NCBI RefSeq assembly: GCF_011386835.1
Contig: NC_088808.1
Span: forward strand, 24,366,001 to 24,430,000
Reading direction: 5' to 3'
DNA: 64,000 nucleotides
Source of the DNA: Chrysemys picta bellii
Lineage: Eukaryota
Position 1 is the stretch's first letter. Each line of letters opens with the position of its first letter. Made by a program: the position numbers and the translations under genes. Positions 61,261-64,000 of the stretch are shown here, one piece after another. Under the pieces are notes generated by a model, which searched no databases, had not been told where the DNA came from, and saw nothing but the letters and a program-made list of their open reading frames with translations.

Positions 61261-62379
61261 AAGGTTCTAAAGAAGGGCTAAGTAACATTATTACTATGAT
61301 AGTATGATTATTATTAATTTCCTATCCTAAACTGTTGTGTAACGTAGCTGTTAACTGTTAATCAACTGCTTTGTTCCATCCTAGAGGTGGCTGCACTGAG
61401 CAATCCTGCCCTGCTCTGCTCTGGATCACATTCCATATACAGTACAGGGAGACAGTGTTCAGAATAGGCAGGTTAGCAGGTGCTGTATAAAGAAAGTGTT
61501 ATTGGTGCCATTTAAAAATCATCACAGTTGGGGAAGGAGAGGGACTATAAACCCACTGATTTGGAGGTGAGGGGATATGTGTCAGAGGAAGCACAAGATA
61601 TGCAGTTGCAGTATGTGATTGAGTTCAAAAATATTTGTTACTCTCAGTCGCCACAAGGTGGGTTGTTAGTCGTGGATTCAATTATAATAGGACAAGTTTC
61701 CATATCCTCAACTCCTTCAAATGGGGAAGGAATAACTAGTTCTTGGTCTGATGGGTCTTTTAGACTCAAGCTATCAGAAGCTGAGCAGTTATAATTTATT
61801 TAAACATATCCAAATCAGACTGCATCTTGAGAAATGGGAAGGTATTGGATGAAAAGACACAAAGCATATAGCTACAGGAACAATGACTTCAAACATCATC
61901 AGTCATGTGATCTGACTGGCCTAAATCTTGCACTTTACTATATGTCAAGATTTAAACTACTCCAGTCCATGCCACTTGCTTACCTGAACTGAAGATGCTG
62001 TTTCTGTGCTCTACATCACTTACCCTAGCTTGGCAACTCTGCATCTTAGTAAAATGTCTGTTATCCAAATATACAGTGTAGTTGTAGCTCTGTCGGTCCC
62101 AGGATATTAGAGGATATTATCCAAATAGTGGTTAATCAAAAAAGGACAGGTCACTGGTGAAATTTCATTCCCCCTGGAGACTTGGTAATCACAGATTTAT
62201 ATTCTCTGGAGATGCATAAAATTTAGCAACCACTGAAATGTAAAATAATAAAAAATGAAAGGCCGTAAAACCCCCTTGTCCCCGGCCCCTCTTTACTGAC
62301 TCAGTCACTGAATCCATCCGCTCCACTCTTTCCACCACCCTCCACTTCTCTGCCCCCTCTCCTATTTCAGAATCCATCC

Positions 62380-63225
62380 TAATTGGATAACTTTCCCTCC
62401 CCATCCTCTTTCTTTGCTCCTTCTCCCACTTTGCTGAATGCTTCTGGATAAAGACCCATGATCATCTGGACTTTCTTCACTGCAAAGTTACCCTCTTTCA
62501 GTTCTTTCATCTTCTTGGTCAAGCCACACTACTTCTCCATTCTCCTTGACTACATAATTCCAGCTGCCTATGCACCACCTTTGATTCCCTCCTCAAATCC
62601 TCCTTTATCTCTGCCTCCTCCATCTCCATACCAAATCTTGCCTACTTTTTAAAGAGAAGATGGACTACCTCCACCATCACGTACCTTGTCTCTCCTTCTT
62701 CCTGTTATTACCCTTCTCTTTCTCTACAATCACCAACACTATAGTCTTTTGCCTGCTATCCCACATCAGCTCAGCATCATTTCCTTTACCTCCAATCTCA
62801 TCCTTAATCTCTCTCTCTGTTTTTATGGTCCTCATCCTCATGCAGAACGCAAGTACACCGTAGCGTCTCCATCCTAAAACAAGCACCCCTGACCCCACCC
62901 ACCAGCCTCCCCAAATACTGCCCCAGCTTCCTTCTTCCCAGCTCCTCCCAGTTCACCATCTAACATTTCTTTCTTCCACTTCCATCCTGGATCCTTTCCA
63001 AGCTGGGTTTGATCCTCTCCACCACACTGAAACTGCTCTCACCAGGACCTCTAGTGATCTCTTCATGGGCAAATCTCAGGGCCTCTGCCCCAAACCACTG
63101 TGTGTGAAAGAAACTGGAAACCAGATGAGACAGGTGGGTCAAGTTAAATTTGGAGAAGATGAGGCTGACAGTAGGAATGAGAAAGGATTTTGAGGGCAAA
63201 GTCACAAAGTAGTGCATAGTCCTGA
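62380..63225. mobile_element. Old L2-type LINE remnant
   Basis: pyrimidine-rich + strand with CACTGAAACTGCTCTCACCAGG; composition flips to purine-rich after about 63100. Confidence 0.5.
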
Positions 63226-64000
63226 AGTCCTAAGATGTTAGTTTTGATCTTTAAAGCCTTTGATGGGTTAAGTCCAAACTATCTCAGAGACTCTCTCTCC
63301 CTCTGTTCTCTGCTGTGACAGCTAGATTGACCAGGGCAGTCTCCTGTAGTAAAACAATCAGAGATTGGAATCACAACATATAGCCTGTGGAGTTTCCTGA
63401 AGTAGAAATCAGGATGAGACAAAGCCTTTATATATTTAGATAACAATGCATGACTCGTCTCTTTGCACAGGCTTTTCTCCAATCGTGAAGCAATGGGAGA
63501 GCGCAGCAACAGTCTCCTGGATAACAGTCACCAATGGCTAAGAGAGGAGGGAAGTGAAGCAGTTAGGTCCTACTTCAAACATGATTCATTATGAATTTCA
63601 ATTATGTAAATAGTGTCTAGATACCACCCTCAGTTAGAAATTGAAGGGAGAATTGCTTTAATTCAATAATTATTTTTATATGAATAAAAAGGTAAAATGC
63701 AAAATTTGTATATGTAAGATCCATAACGGGCTTAATGTGTAAACTCCATTTTTTTTCTTGTAGTTTCAGCTACTCTTCACATTTTCCAATTTTCAGATAA
63801 ACTGATCTATTTGTAGGCTGCAATAAGTAACAGAACAGTAGCATGGCTATTTTTGCATACAAACAACTGGAGTTTAGTGTTTTACTTCGTGTATCTAAAC
63901 ATAGTTTGTTGCTTGACTTGGTATATCCTGAGCAATAGCGTATACTGATGGTTGGTAAAATGTCCTGCTGCTACAAGTGTCATACATAGTAAGACATCTT

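Noticed and set aside
61528-61794. ORF with LVVDSII resembling a LINE ORF1 esterase motif
   Set aside because: Match too short and unsupported by flanking motifs.
57700-64000. GAPVD1 exons expected from human synteny
   Set aside because: No CpG island or recognisable coding exon seen; the gene probably starts beyond the window.

Overview
Vertebrate genomic DNA, most likely a turtle (inferred from the repeat families). Five conserved protein-coding genes were assembled by hand from splice signals with frame-consistent joins: the last 12 coding exons of GOLGA1 (+, 1198-11403), complete ARPC5L (-, 150 aa, first intron an AT-AC U12-type intron), complete PPP6C (-, 305 aa), complete RABEPK (+, 380 aa, head-to-head with PPP6C) and complete HSPA5/BiP (-, 650 aa, three ERSE elements in its promoter). 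Introns and intergenic DNA hold CR1, L2, MIR-like SINEs, solo LTRs, hAT/Harbinger/Tc1-mariner MITEs and Penelope-like elements. Most notable: minimal hammerhead-ribozyme motifs in Penelope-like insertions (one sense-oriented in a PPP6C intron, one a 90-bp ribozyme-plus-tail insertion); gene order inverted relative to human; a tandem array of NF-kB consensus sites beside the PPP6C/RABEPK promoter; a 126-bp higher-order minisatellite upstream of HSPA5; and an apparently extra GOLGA1 exon. No CRISPR, tRNA or rRNA was seen. Gene and repeat identities come from recalled homology, not database searches.
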